A DNA stretch of 64,000 nucleotides from Lingula anatina (taxonomy: Eukaryota > Animalia > Brachiopoda), in the NCBI GenBank assembly GCA_051362555.1, contig CM120649.1:10664001-10728000 (forward strand), given 5' to 3'. A program made the translations under genes and the position numbers. Each line of letters opens with the position of its first letter. Positions within the stretch are counted from its first letter, which is position 1. The notes under the pieces are model-generated. The model worked only from the letters and a program-made list of their open reading frames with translations, was not told the origin of the DNA and made no database searches. Below are positions 54,437 to 64,000 of this stretch, piece by piece.

Positions 54437-56327
54437 ATCTAACTAATCTAACGTCTTAGCTTGGCGTGCTTACCGTAGTCGACGCGTGTAAAGCCTCTCT
54501 TCTGGTCCTCAAATCAAGTTCGGTCCCTTGGTTCTAAACTGTTTACCAGAGGCTCTGTTCTGGTCCTACACCTGTTAATGTCCATCATAACGTGTTCTAA
54601 CGTGTTCCCCAAACGTGTCCTTGGCTGACTCTCTTTTGGGCCACAAACTTTTTCTGCGGTATAGACTTCATTTGGAAACCTGCCAGTATGACTTTCGGGG
54701 GAGGGGAGGGGATTAATTACTTGCAGTTAAGCAACTCAACTAACGGTCATTTGGTTGATTCGCGAGATCAACGCACTACCTGGCTATTGTTTCACAGCAT
54801 AAATGGAAAGATATAAATTGCAGAGTAACCTTGTGTCGCAAGGATACTACTTATAGTTATTTATTTCCTTCATGCTCCCTCTTCCCCCCTCCCCTCCCCG
54901 GGCACTTGTAATTGATACTCCGTATCTTAATTAATGTGGAAGAATTGCAAGATGAAAAGAGCGCCCAGACGTGCTTTTGACAGGTCAGGTCACGAAGTCA
55001 CGGATACGGCATCTCAGGCTACAAAATATGGCTTCACAGGACAGTGAACAAACTCGAGAAATTTCCCTCTCCGACAAAATTCCGAGCATATATGGTAACC
55101 CTGCTTCCTATATGTCTTTACAACAATTCAGTATCATTATACTGAATTCTATTACTGTTCTATTACTAATGTTGTATTCAACCATTTAATAAAATTTAAT
55201 ATTTGAAGAAAATTTTATTGCAGGATTTTAAAATATCACTACTTTGCACCATTGCTATTATATGGCGCAGAGTACAGGTTCCAAACAGGTATACCTGCAA
55301 ACAGTAAAATTGTTTGATATCAATAAAAATATAAACAATAATGTTGATCATAATAAGTAAACCACTCAGCAGTCTAACTGGCTACGGGTTATTGCCAAGA
55401 TGTGTTTAGTTTATAACACTCTCCCCTAGTTCGGGACATTTACAGAATGTCTTGACCTCTCTCTTCCTCGTCATAAATCTGACATTTAAAATTAGTATTT
55501 CAATTCAAGATATTTACAGAAATGTGTGAACATTATATTAATTTGAGAAAGGGTATTTTACAGTGTTCGTAAATGTTACAAAGGAAATTACCAAAAATAT
55601 GTAGATTTCCATATTGAGAAGACATGTTCCTCTACTCCCCCTCTCCAGATTTCCTGGCCCGAGGAGCAATATGTACGTTCGTCCTAAGCTCTGAAGCTCT
55701 GAACGCGCTTGATAGAAACCAGATGTGGAGATAGTAAGATTTTATTGCCCGAGCCAGACTACCGACTTTCCAATCTTACAGGTTGAAATAAGTGTGGGCA
55801 GGGGGGTATATATCTTCTTAACCGAACCATGATAAAGTATATCAGTAGAAAGGTTCAACTTGACTTTTTTTTCAATTTCAAATCGTTATTTCTTAACATA
55901 ATTTAGTTGCTATGCCCTTATGCCAAACTCCCACCCTGAACTCTTGTAATAAATATTCAATTTTTTTCCTATGAAAAATGAGAGCGTAAATTAACTTATC
56001 CCAACCGCTCACGTTTTGCATAACGTTTTTATGAATGTTTCACATTACTTTAAATTACTGCTGACGGCTTTCCCTATTAGAGGGTACAATAACATAAGCC
56101 AGTGAAAATTAATGGAACGTGTCATATTTTTATTCCGATATTTATCTTAATATATGTGGCTCACATTATTACTTTTTGTTGAAAGTTTTCTCACATCGAA
56201 CTTAATTGGGTTGGAGTGTCTACATCTGTAGCGGTGCTTTAAAAGGTCATAAAGTGACCAATTTTTTAGATAGCGTTATGCGGGACTTAGGTAACTTTTA
56301 TATAAACTGAAAATAATATACTGTAGA

Positions 56328-57527
56328 TTGATTCACAACTCTGCCGCCGGTCGAATGCAAGCCCGTAAGGACCAACCAAAATTAAATGCCCGTGTCTGGT
56401 GCGAGTCCTCACACATAATAGATAAAAACACTCAGTGCACAGCGGATGACCACCAAGATGATAACATCAACATCACCAGTGCCACTTCAGTCACAGAACC
56501 TGACAACACCAGACCCCTAGTAACACCCCCCACAATTGAAGTCGCACCTGAGCCTACCCAGGACACAAACGACAGCAGACTGGGGATGAATGAATCAGAA
56601 AGCAGTGCCATTCCAGTCACAGAACCTGATAACAATAGACCCCTAGTGACACCCCTCACAATTGAAGTCACACCTGAGCCTACCCAGGACACATATGACA
56701 GCAGATTGGATATGACTGAATCAGAAAGCAGGGGCACAGGGACAATTGAAAATGAGCCAAATGAAAGCCAGACGAGGCGAAATACAACATGGGAAAACAT
56801 AGTCATCTCGGGCTCAATTGGGAAAGGACTCGTCCCTCAGAAACTATTTCCTCGCACGAAAAGCAAATGTATCGCAATGAGAGGCAAACAAACCAAAGAT
56901 GCCAAAACAGTCATAGCACAGAATGACTTTGGTCAGCCAAAAACAATTACTTTTGTAATTGGGTCAAATGATGTTAGCAGCGGACAACAGCCACAAGATA
57001 TCCTGAATATAAACAAGGAGCTACTCACCACTACACGCAGGAGATATAAGGATACCACCATTATTGTCAGCAGCATTCTACCCAGGTGGAATAACTGGGC
57101 TTTTAACCAAAAAGCGCAGGAAACAAACAAACTCATCAGGGAGTATTGTGCCACCCAAGCAAATGTGATATACATGGAAAACGACAATATTTACAGCAGA
57201 AGGGACCTCTTTGTGGGAGATGGAATACACCTTAACCAAAAAGGCACAACATTACTTGCCTGTAACATTAAAACTGTAACTGGTCAGGCCAGATACACAC
57301 ATGCCCCAACTACATCAACACCAAGGGATCTACCATCACACACAAGGACCCCCCAGCACTCTCAAAATGGCCAGAGGACCCACCGTAACCAACTCCCCCC
57401 AAGAGGCACTAGTGGAGTACACCGTGGACCTTATATGCAACCAGGCAGAAATCAAGACAGTGATATTCAAAATGAACTACGAACACTGTGTGACTGCTTA
57501 AACAAATTACAAAGCAAATTGAGGTAA
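56328..57527 (+). CDS. LINE ORF1 with SGNH/GDSL esterase-like domain, probably 5'-truncated
   Basis: IVISGSIG (degenerate GDS block), VIGSND, IIVSSILPR, DGIHLN motifs; C-terminal short coiled segment. Confidence 0.8.
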   Translation: MIHNSAAGRMQARKDQPKLNARVWCESSHIIDKNTQCTADDHQDDNINITSATSVTEPDNTRPLVTPPTIEVAPEPTQDTNDSRLGMNESESSAIPVTEPDNNRPLVTPLTIEVTPEPTQDTYDSRLDMTESESRGTGTIENEPNESQTRRNTTWENIVISGSIGKGLVPQKLFPRTKSKCIAMRGKQTKDAKTVIAQNDFGQPKTITFVIGSNDVSSGQQPQDILNINKELLTTTRRRYKDTTIIVSSILPRWNNWAFNQKAQETNKLIREYCATQANVIYMENDNIYSRRDLFVGDGIHLNQKGTTLLACNIKTVTGQARYTHAPTTSTPRDLPSHTRTPQHSQNGQRTHRNQLPPRGTSGVHRGPYMQPGRNQDSDIQNELRTLCDCLNKLQSKLR

Positions 57528-57824
57528 AGACTGTCTCATGCTGCTATATGCTATGATCAAATGGCTGAAGTAACAACAAGCAGAATGTAAGTAACAGAAA
57601 ATTTAAGTTATACCTGATGCCATGAAGATTAAGTACTAAATAAATGAGAGGCAATGGAAAACTGTAAGTAAAACTACCTCTCTCCTAATATGGTTCATAG
57701 AGAAAAATAGATAGTATTCTGAACTCACCTATAGTGCAAAGACTGCTTACTTTGAAAATAGGGAAAATTAAAAATACAGTGAATAAGTAATTCCTTTGAA
57801 AAGGTTGCGTAAAGTCGTGTACAT

Positions 57825-60800
57825 ATGAAAAAGCCTGTGTTATACATTTGGCATGAGATTGTAGAATCTTTGTATATGGTCAACCATGTGATTAAGTCAG
57901 TCAAACACCGAGACCTACTTGTACCAAGAAATATGTTACACATAGGTATGAGAAATATCAGGGGCCTCGCAAACAAACTTTCAGATGACAATTTTCTCTC
58001 TATAGTACAAAAGTATGATATATTTGCATGTATAGAAACCTTTAGCACAGAGCGTTCCAAAGTAGTGTTACCCACAGGCACACATGGGCACTTTCAAAAA
58101 CTGAGGAAAAAAAGAAAAGTTAAGGGAAGACCCTCTGGCGGTATTGTAGTTTATTATAAAAAGGAATATAGTGGGGCAGTTGAAATGTTAGAAAGCAAAA
58201 GTGAAAACATACTGTGGGTAAGACTCTCTAGCCAAAGCTTTGGACTCCAGCAAGATTTATACCTGTGCGCCGTGTATGTTAAGCCCAGTAACGGAGCACT
58301 GGATGAAAGTACCTTTGAAATTTTAGAGAGTGAGATAGCTGCGTATGCACCTTCTGGCACAGTTTGCTTGTTAGGGGATTTCAATGCAAGGACTGGAAAT
58401 TTACAAGACACTACTGTTTGTGAAAATACACCTAGTGCAATGATACCAAACAAGCCCAACACAAGTAGAATCTGCCTTCAAAGAAACAACTTAGATTCGG
58501 TTATCAACCCCCAGGGGAGAACTTTGGTAGATTTATGTATTGCAAGTAGCATGAAAATATTGAATGGGAGAACAATAGGAAACTCCCTAGGCTATTTTAC
58601 ATGTTATAACAGACAGGGCTGCAGCACTGTAGACTATGCTATTGTGAGTGATGGGCTGCTTAGCGATGTAAATTTTTTCACAATACACCCCATTGATTAT
58701 TTATCTGATCACTGCCTGCTAGAACTATCAATACGTACTAATGTCATACAAAAATCTGCTATCTCAACAACAGTTCACAGATTCAACGAGCAGTACATTT
58801 GGAAACCAGACTCGCCTGAAAAATTTTTAAACGCTCTAGAAGATGATGAAACGATCAATGAAATTAGCAAACTCCAATGCACCCACTTCCCTAACACTAA
58901 AGAAGGAGTGAACAAAGCTTGTAATGAACTCCAAAATATCCTCTGTAATGCGGCTAATAAATCACTAGCAAAGAGAAAGCCTCCTAGAAATGGAACTAAT
59001 AAGACAAAACGAGTGAAAAAACACCCCTGGTTTGACGGCACATGTGCCGAAATCAGGCGCAATATAAAGCACCTTGGGAAATTGCTACAGAACAACCCAG
59101 GAAACAACTTTGTTGCCCACACCTACCATGAAGCCTCTAGAAAATATAAGCAACTAATAAAGCGTAAAAAACGGGAGCACAAAGATTTTCTACTTAAAAG
59201 ATTACTCGAAAACGAAGAGAAAAACCCTAAAGAATTCTGGGAAGTTTTTAAAAACCTGAAAGAAAAAGAAACCAGGCACAACTTAATTAGTCCAGACATT
59301 TGGCTTAAACACTTTCACCAGCTTTGTGGGATTGCCCCGAAAGAAAACAACATAATCGATGCCCCGTTAAAAGAGATGGAAAGACAAGAGGGTATTCCAA
59401 TACTAGACAGTGCAATAACATGTCATGAAGTGAAAAATGCCCTGAAAAAGCTTAAAAGTGGGAAAGCAGCTGGGGAAGATGCAATTAAGAATGAAATGCT
59501 TAAAGTAGGAACCCAGTACCTAGCAATTGTTATCACAAAGATCTTTAATCTTATCCTCAATACCACTGAAATTCCCGACACTTGGAACCTTGGCATCATC
59601 ATACCTATCCATAAAAGTGGTGAACATATGAATCCATCAAATTATCGAGGACTGTGCATCACCAGTTGTCTGGGGAAACTGTTTAACTCAATACTCTGTA
59701 AGAGACTGACTGACTATTTGCAGAATGAACATCTACTCAGTGAAGAGCAAGCTGGTTTTAGGCCAGGATACCGCACAACAGACCACATTTTTACCTTAAA
59801 ATCTTTAGTTAATAGATACGTAAACCAAAACAAGCGTCTTTATGCATGTTTTATTGACTTTAAAAAGGCTTTTGACACTGTTTGGCACAAAGGTCTAATG
59901 TACAAACTACTAAAACTGGGTATTGGGGGAATATTTTACAAATTAATCAAAGCAATGTACAGTCAAACAAAACTAGGGATATCGGTTGGGGAAGGATACA
60001 CAGAACCATTTTATTCTAAATTGGGAATTAAGCAAGGCGACAATCTAAGTCCAGTCCTTTTTAACATTTTTATTGATGATGTGAAAACTGCCCTAAACCC
60101 AAATGGCGATGAAAGACTATTCCATATACTGTATGCTGATGACCTGGTACTACTCTCAGAAACAAGTGATGGCCTGCAAAAATCATTGTCACGCCTTGAA
60201 AAATACTGCAAAAAATGGCAGCTCCAGGTAAACGAGAAAAAGTGCAAAATATTAATTTTCAACAAAGCTGGAAAAACAGAACAGCACCTAAAATTCACAA
60301 TAAATGAAAATATCCTGGAAAACGTTACAGAATATACTTATCTAGGTATCACCTTCACCAATACAGGTAACCTCAAGAAAGCAATACGCAATCTAAAACA
60401 AAAAGCAATGAAGGCCATGTTTGCGCTTAAAAGCACTTTATCCTCCCAAAACATATCTAATCCACTATTACAAATGAAACTATTTGATAAAACTGTAAAA
60501 CCAATTTTACTATATGGTAGCGAGGTATGGGGTCAGGAAATTCTCAAAGAAAAATCACTAAGCCTAGATAAAATCAATAACACGTCCTTCGAGCAAATTC
60601 ACCTAAAAATGTGCAAATGGGTATTAGGAGTGAGAAAAACTGCCAGTAATAATGCCTGCAGAGCAGAATTGGGTAGATACCCAATCCTGACAGATGTAAT
60701 TAAATCCATGCAAAAATACCACACCAGACTTAAAAATCTCCCGAATACAAGAATACTGAAACAAACATTTAGCGAAGAAAAACTCCTGAAAATAGATAAT

Positions 60801-61325
60801 TGGACTAAAACAGTGGCGGCATTTAGACAGAATTGGGGAATTCAACATTGGGATGAAACATCAGACCTAGAAAAAGAAATTAATCTAAAAATCGAAGACC
60901 TTTTTTGGAAAGAATTGAACAAGGAGAACCACAATAAACTGCGTACATATCGAAAAATAAAAAACTCATACGATCTTGAAAATTACTTAAAAATGAACGC
61001 CACAAGCTCAGACAAAAAATACTTAGCCAAAATGAGAATTAGTGACCACGAGCTAGCGATAGAGAAAGGCAGGCACATGAAAATCACCCTGGAACAAAGA
61101 ACCTGCACAAGCTGTAAAACGGAAATAGAGGATGAGAAACATTTCTTCCTCACATGTAGTAAATACCAAATAGAGCGACAAAATATGCTCAGTTCCCTCC
61201 CAAACACTGTGAGACAAAATTATGAATTAGCAGGCAGTGATCAGAAACTATTCATCCTCCTCAACCCTCAAGATCAGAAATCACTAAAAGCATTATCACA
61301 GTATATACAGTTAGCAACACGATGA
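57825..61325 (+). CDS. LINE ORF2: AP endonuclease, reverse transcriptase, C-terminal CCHC-type motif (1166 aa, uninterrupted)
   Basis: NIRGL, CIETF, LGDFNA, VDY, SDH (EN); NYRGL, QAGFR, FIDFKKAFD, GIKQGDNLSP, LYADD, YLG (RT); CTSC...EDEKHFFLTC. True start may be Met at 57933. Confidence 0.97.
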   Translation: MKKPVLYIWHEIVESLYMVNHVIKSVKHRDLLVPRNMLHIGMRNIRGLANKLSDDNFLSIVQKYDIFACIETFSTERSKVVLPTGTHGHFQKLRKKRKVKGRPSGGIVVYYKKEYSGAVEMLESKSENILWVRLSSQSFGLQQDLYLCAVYVKPSNGALDESTFEILESEIAAYAPSGTVCLLGDFNARTGNLQDTTVCENTPSAMIPNKPNTSRICLQRNNLDSVINPQGRTLVDLCIASSMKILNGRTIGNSLGYFTCYNRQGCSTVDYAIVSDGLLSDVNFFTIHPIDYLSDHCLLELSIRTNVIQKSAISTTVHRFNEQYIWKPDSPEKFLNALEDDETINEISKLQCTHFPNTKEGVNKACNELQNILCNAANKSLAKRKPPRNGTNKTKRVKKHPWFDGTCAEIRRNIKHLGKLLQNNPGNNFVAHTYHEASRKYKQLIKRKKREHKDFLLKRLLENEEKNPKEFWEVFKNLKEKETRHNLISPDIWLKHFHQLCGIAPKENNIIDAPLKEMERQEGIPILDSAITCHEVKNALKKLKSGKAAGEDAIKNEMLKVGTQYLAIVITKIFNLILNTTEIPDTWNLGIIIPIHKSGEHMNPSNYRGLCITSCLGKLFNSILCKRLTDYLQNEHLLSEEQAGFRPGYRTTDHIFTLKSLVNRYVNQNKRLYACFIDFKKAFDTVWHKGLMYKLLKLGIGGIFYKLIKAMYSQTKLGISVGEGYTEPFYSKLGIKQGDNLSPVLFNIFIDDVKTALNPNGDERLFHILYADDLVLLSETSDGLQKSLSRLEKYCKKWQLQVNEKKCKILIFNKAGKTEQHLKFTINENILENVTEYTYLGITFTNTGNLKKAIRNLKQKAMKAMFALKSTLSSQNISNPLLQMKLFDKTVKPILLYGSEVWGQEILKEKSLSLDKINNTSFEQIHLKMCKWVLGVRKTASNNACRAELGRYPILTDVIKSMQKYHTRLKNLPNTRILKQTFSEEKLLKIDNWTKTVAAFRQNWGIQHWDETSDLEKEINLKIEDLFWKELNKENHNKLRTYRKIKNSYDLENYLKMNATSSDKKYLAKMRISDHELAIEKGRHMKITLEQRTCTSCKTEIEDEKHFFLTCSKYQIERQNMLSSLPNTVRQNYELAGSDQKLFILLNPQDQKSLKALSQYIQLATR

Positions 61326-62983
61326 AATATCACTTTCTCTCTTTTTATGTAAGTACAATATGTTAGATTCTGTAGTAGACTAGACAGCAAACAATGTTAA
61401 ATTGTAACATTCAAAGCTGAATAAATTATTATTATTATTATTATAATTATAAAACATAGCAAATTACAGTATTTTATTCCATAAGTCTTGGTTATAAAAT
61501 TATCAAAGGCATTCCAATTATAATCGATACATAAATTGTATTCATATTGTCATTTTCATCCACACAAGTGGATGCATATGTTACAGTGAAATAAACTAAA
61601 CTAAACTAAACATAAACCATAACCCCAACCAAAAATTAATCCCTGACAAAGCTTAGATGTAACGAATTAACACAGTCTTCCAACAATCTGCTTAAAAGCT
61701 CTAATTAGTATTGGCGCTGTTCTGAATCTTTCCCTTGAAGTGGTAAATAAACGGGGATGTTAGCCTTTAATTTTGCCCAAGGGAGAACGGCGTTGTGTAA
61801 CAGTAAATTGCATTGGTATGCATACTTATACTACGTAGTTATACTGGATCTTTCCTCTACCATTAGTCCCTCAAATTTACTTTGGTCAGATCACTGGGAT
61901 TTCATGATATTCCCTTCACTGTACGCTCCTAAAGCAATGCAATTGGGATGCTACATGTAAGTTGTCATCCAGTAGCAAAACATCACTTGAACATTATCCG
62001 AATGATATGGGATATATAGCTTGTGAAAGCCTAGGTATAAATACCAACAAGGTATGCAGCTCATCTCTAAACCAGCCCCGTCAATCAAACACACATTATC
62101 TTCACTTGCGTCTTAGTTTAAATGCAGTCAAACAGGCTATAAATACGAATATATTGCGCGTTTAATTTAGATCTGCTGATTCGAAAATAATATAATCCAT
62201 TTCTACTACTTGCACAAGACGCCTACATTTTGGTATTTTTATAGTGACCATACCTATACCCTAAATCCTGAAAATTGAAAAAAAAAAAATTCTGAAACAA
62301 AATGCGTAAATGAATAAAGTAGCTAGACTATCCTTCATAGGGAGCTCTTTACATAAATTGCAGTATTAATAGATTTATAAAACGTATGCAGTAAAAATCC
62401 ATTATACTGTGCCTATATAAGCTCTGAATCACTATAGTTCTTGACAGTCCAGTGGACATTTAGGAAATTCACGGGAATAAACGCGTCCATATGAAAATAA
62501 GAGCTTATACTAACTTGAAACGGAATAAAGAACGAGTGAGTGAGTGAGTACACCCCCACTCCACACACACACACATGCACACAATCACCCACGAATGTAA
62601 CTGTCTTGAAAGCAAGAAGCAGAGAACGCCATAAACATTTTAGTAGTATTAGGCATCCTAAAGGTAGTCACGCAGCAAAACTTTTGTGTTCTTTAAAAAA
62701 ATCTGAGAATATATTATAGCAAATATAATACAATTTAAATAATTGAAATGCATTTCTTTCCAACATTCAGTTTACGTACGTTTTTTGGTAGCCTCTCAAA
62801 GTTTTAAACCTCAACTATTGGAGACCATAACAGAGTCAGCCAAGGACACGTTTGGGGAACACGTTAGAACACGTCATGATGGACATTAACAGGTGTAGGA
62901 CCAGAACAGAGCCTCTGGTAAACAGTTTAGAACCAAGGGACCGAACTTGATTTGAGGACCAGAAGAGAGGCTTTACAGACGCG

Positions 62984-64000
62984 CACGAGAAACTCTTCAA
63001 GAAAAGGAGGTGTAAAATTTCAAAAGTTTCACAAGACATGACGTTTCATGGCCTCACTTTTGAAGGGAGTGAGGAACAGGACATGAGGGGAAGGTGTTTG
63101 TGTGAGGCAATAGGCCATCAAGGAAGAGTGGGTAGGCACCTGGTCATAGGAGCGGAAGAGGGCACTGGGAGCTAGGCCAGGGATAAGAATTAAGAAGATT
63201 AGAACAGATCACTGAGGAAGATTCATACATTTTCAATTAGAACATTTGATACTATTTCAAAAATTTTGTCAATTTGACCAGGGGTTAGTGTTTTTTGACC
63301 ATGTAGGAACAGTGATATCTTATCTAGTTGGGTTCCAAAGAAGCCGATTGACAAAATATGCCCCCACTGCGACTCAATAGAAGATGAAGCACACTTTTTT
63401 CTAGAATGCAGTGAACACAGAGTCGAACGGGAAATACTGTTCGCTTCCATACCAGAGGCAGGGTCCAACAGACAATCAACTATCTATTTTACTCAATCCA
63501 CTCTTTGCGCAGTGTGTGTGCCATTTGTAAATTTGTATCCATGCATGGATGAGCATAGTTTACTACTTAAATTATTCTTTTATATTTGTATTAGAGAGAG
63601 CCTGTAAATGTAAACCATTTCTTTGTGCTCAATAAATTATTATTATTATGAAATGTGCATAAGTTGCACAAAGTATATCTTCAACAGATTCGTCGAAATC
63701 ACGATATTTCCTCTGTTTCAGTGAGCACTGAAAGAAAAAATGTCGGATGTTTTGCGGGTTTCCCACAGAAACAGTTGGGAGAAGCCATAGCTGTCCAGTT
63801 GTGGTCATATACATAGTTGGGCTTTAAATAAGAAATCGACCCGGGCCTTGTTTAGGATTTTTTCATTTTGTCTCGGAAGCTTCAGATCGGTGGTGGACAT
63901 TGTTGCTGGGAAGGCTTCATTTCTAAGATTATATTTGAGAGAAGATGCAGAAGGAAGATTTTTCTGGGTGGTGTTTAGTTCATCCCAGCTTGTCATCAAA
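62984..64000 (-). mobile_element. Old decayed minus-strand LINE (ORF2 C-terminus and 3' UTR), interrupted by the 63335-63649 fragment
   Basis: QNIRHFFFQC (63814-63650 frame), then LFLHGQKTL...IDKIFEIVSNVLIENV* (63330-63223), typical of CR1/L2-group ORF2 ends; putative TTAGA-type tail at 54437-54455. Confidence 0.6.
63335..63649 (+). mobile_element. 3' fragment of a related LINE
   Basis: KICPHCDSIEDEAHFFLECSEHRVERE (same C-terminal motif as ORF2), then AATAAA(TTA)n tail. Confidence 0.75.

Larger units (their letters stand above)
56328..61445 (+). mobile_element. Two-ORF non-LTR retrotransposon (esterase ORF1, EN-RT ORF2; RTEX-like or CR1-group); 5' end uncertain
   Basis: ORF1 and ORF2 below, short 3' UTR, AATAAA at 61420 followed by an (ATT)n tail. 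Confidence 0.92.
54487..62977. mobile_element. 8.5-kb element with 146-bp terminal inverted repeats (TGT...ACA) and 6-bp target duplication
   Basis: 54487-54632 is the reverse complement of 62832-62977 (one mismatch seen); GACGCG at 54481-54486 and 62978-62983. No transposase recognised inside. Confidence 0.88.

Noticed and set aside
56432-61207. Minus-strand ORFs over the LINE
   Set aside because: Antisense shadows of ORF1 and ORF2.

Overview
AT-rich, intron- and transposon-dense animal genomic DNA, probably from a marine invertebrate (species cannot be determined). It is not prokaryotic; no rRNA, tRNA or CRISPR array was seen. Assembling exons by hand from GT-AG sites and intron phase gives three secreted-protein genes that the ORF track fragments. 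(1) A minus-strand VWA-domain gene that runs off the left edge. (2) A plus-strand, 3-coding-exon, ~417-aa precursor ending in an IL-17-like cystine knot. (3) A minus-strand, 21-exon, ~881-aa protein with an architecture I do not recognise: signal peptide, 12 EGF, anaphylatoxin domain, 4 WAP-like domains and an RGDS motif. A partial duplicate of gene 3 (promoter, signal exon, 2 EGF exons) lies 8 kb upstream. The remainder is mobile DNA: decayed Tc1-like elements, Harbinger-type and CAG-ended MITEs, and a 7.6-kb near-identical higher-order tandem array. At the right end an 8.5-kb element with 146-bp TGT...ACA inverted repeats and a 6-bp target duplication sits in the 3' end of an old LINE and itself carries an intact EN-RT LINE. 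Coordinates were counted by hand and family names come from motif recognition, not database searches.
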